Shown: in pieces, positions 60,191-64,000 of the stretch
Position numbering within the stretch: the stretch's first letter is position 1
Layout: every line of letters starts with the position of its first letter
From: Octopus vulgaris
Taxonomy: Eukaryota
Assembly (NCBI GenBank): GCA_951406725.2
Contig: OX597826.1
Location: 54,436,001 to 54,500,000, forward strand
Direction of reading: 5' to 3'
DNA: 64,000 nt
Translations under genes and position numbers: made by a program
Notes under the pieces: generated by a model
What the model was told of the DNA's origin: nothing
Database searches by the model: none
The model's input: the letters and a program-made list of their open reading frames with translations, nothing else

Positions 60191-60779
60191 TGTTGTATGT
60201 CTTCAATCACATTCTACAGTATTTCTTTCTCTATATTTTAAGAACGATAAAAGTATGATTTGAGAGAGATTTGGCTGCTATTTCAGCTTCTCAAGCAACC
60301 GTGTTATGGCACTCTCATGGAATCACCAAAATAAAATGAAATGTTGACCCCCGGCAAGAATTGAACTCAGACCGGAGAGACCTGGAAGAAGAAATAACAC
60401 AAAGCTTTTTCTCGATGCTCTCACACTTCTGTCAGCTTAAACAGTCTTAAACAGAACTAAAAAAAACACACACACACAGCAAAAATACAAATTACTACCA
60501 CTAAGTCTGCTGCTGCTCCTACTACTACTACCACTACTACTACTATGGCTGTTACCAATTAACAGGAAGTATTTATAAGATGTAAATGTAACAATAAAAT
60601 GACAAAAAGGAACAACAACAATAACAAAACAATCTCAACAACAGTGTTACAACACGTCAATAGGAACTAATCTAAGAGTTGTAATTAAATCTGTTTTAAT
60701 AGATAACTAAAGAGAATTTCATAAAGTGAACATCTGTCATGATACCTTTTATATGATTATGCGATAAACGCTATACGTA

Positions 60780-64000
<3,221 letters not shown>

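Overview
AT-rich, extremely microsatellite-dense eukaryotic DNA. Its SINE families, 5S sequence and repeat load suggest an octopus/coleoid cephalopod genome (inference). No host protein-coding gene is confidently identified, and almost all supplied ORFs are translations of simple repeats. Recognisable content is mostly mobile DNA: three Penelope-like (PLE) RT/GIY-YIG remnants; several PLE-type minimal hammerhead ribozyme (HHR) motifs, often in inverted repeats; a young 5'-truncated R4/Dong LINE in a (TAA)n tract plus an older Dong relic; a CR1-group LINE 3' fragment; decayed Tc1 and mariner elements; a Helentron-type non-autonomous element; about six tRNA-derived SINE families; and a full-length 5S rRNA copy fused to a LINE-derived tail. 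The most interesting observation is a two-copy element built from a fold-back tRNA-derived Pol III head, an (AAT)n linker and a minimal hammerhead ribozyme, possibly a Penelope-mobilised 'ribozyme SINE'; one copy is split by the Dong insertion. Two low-repeat islands (about 16.5-17.9 kb and 34.0-35.4 kb) carry splice/promoter signals and may be exons of an unidentified transcript. All analysis was by eye; no searches or folding programs were run.
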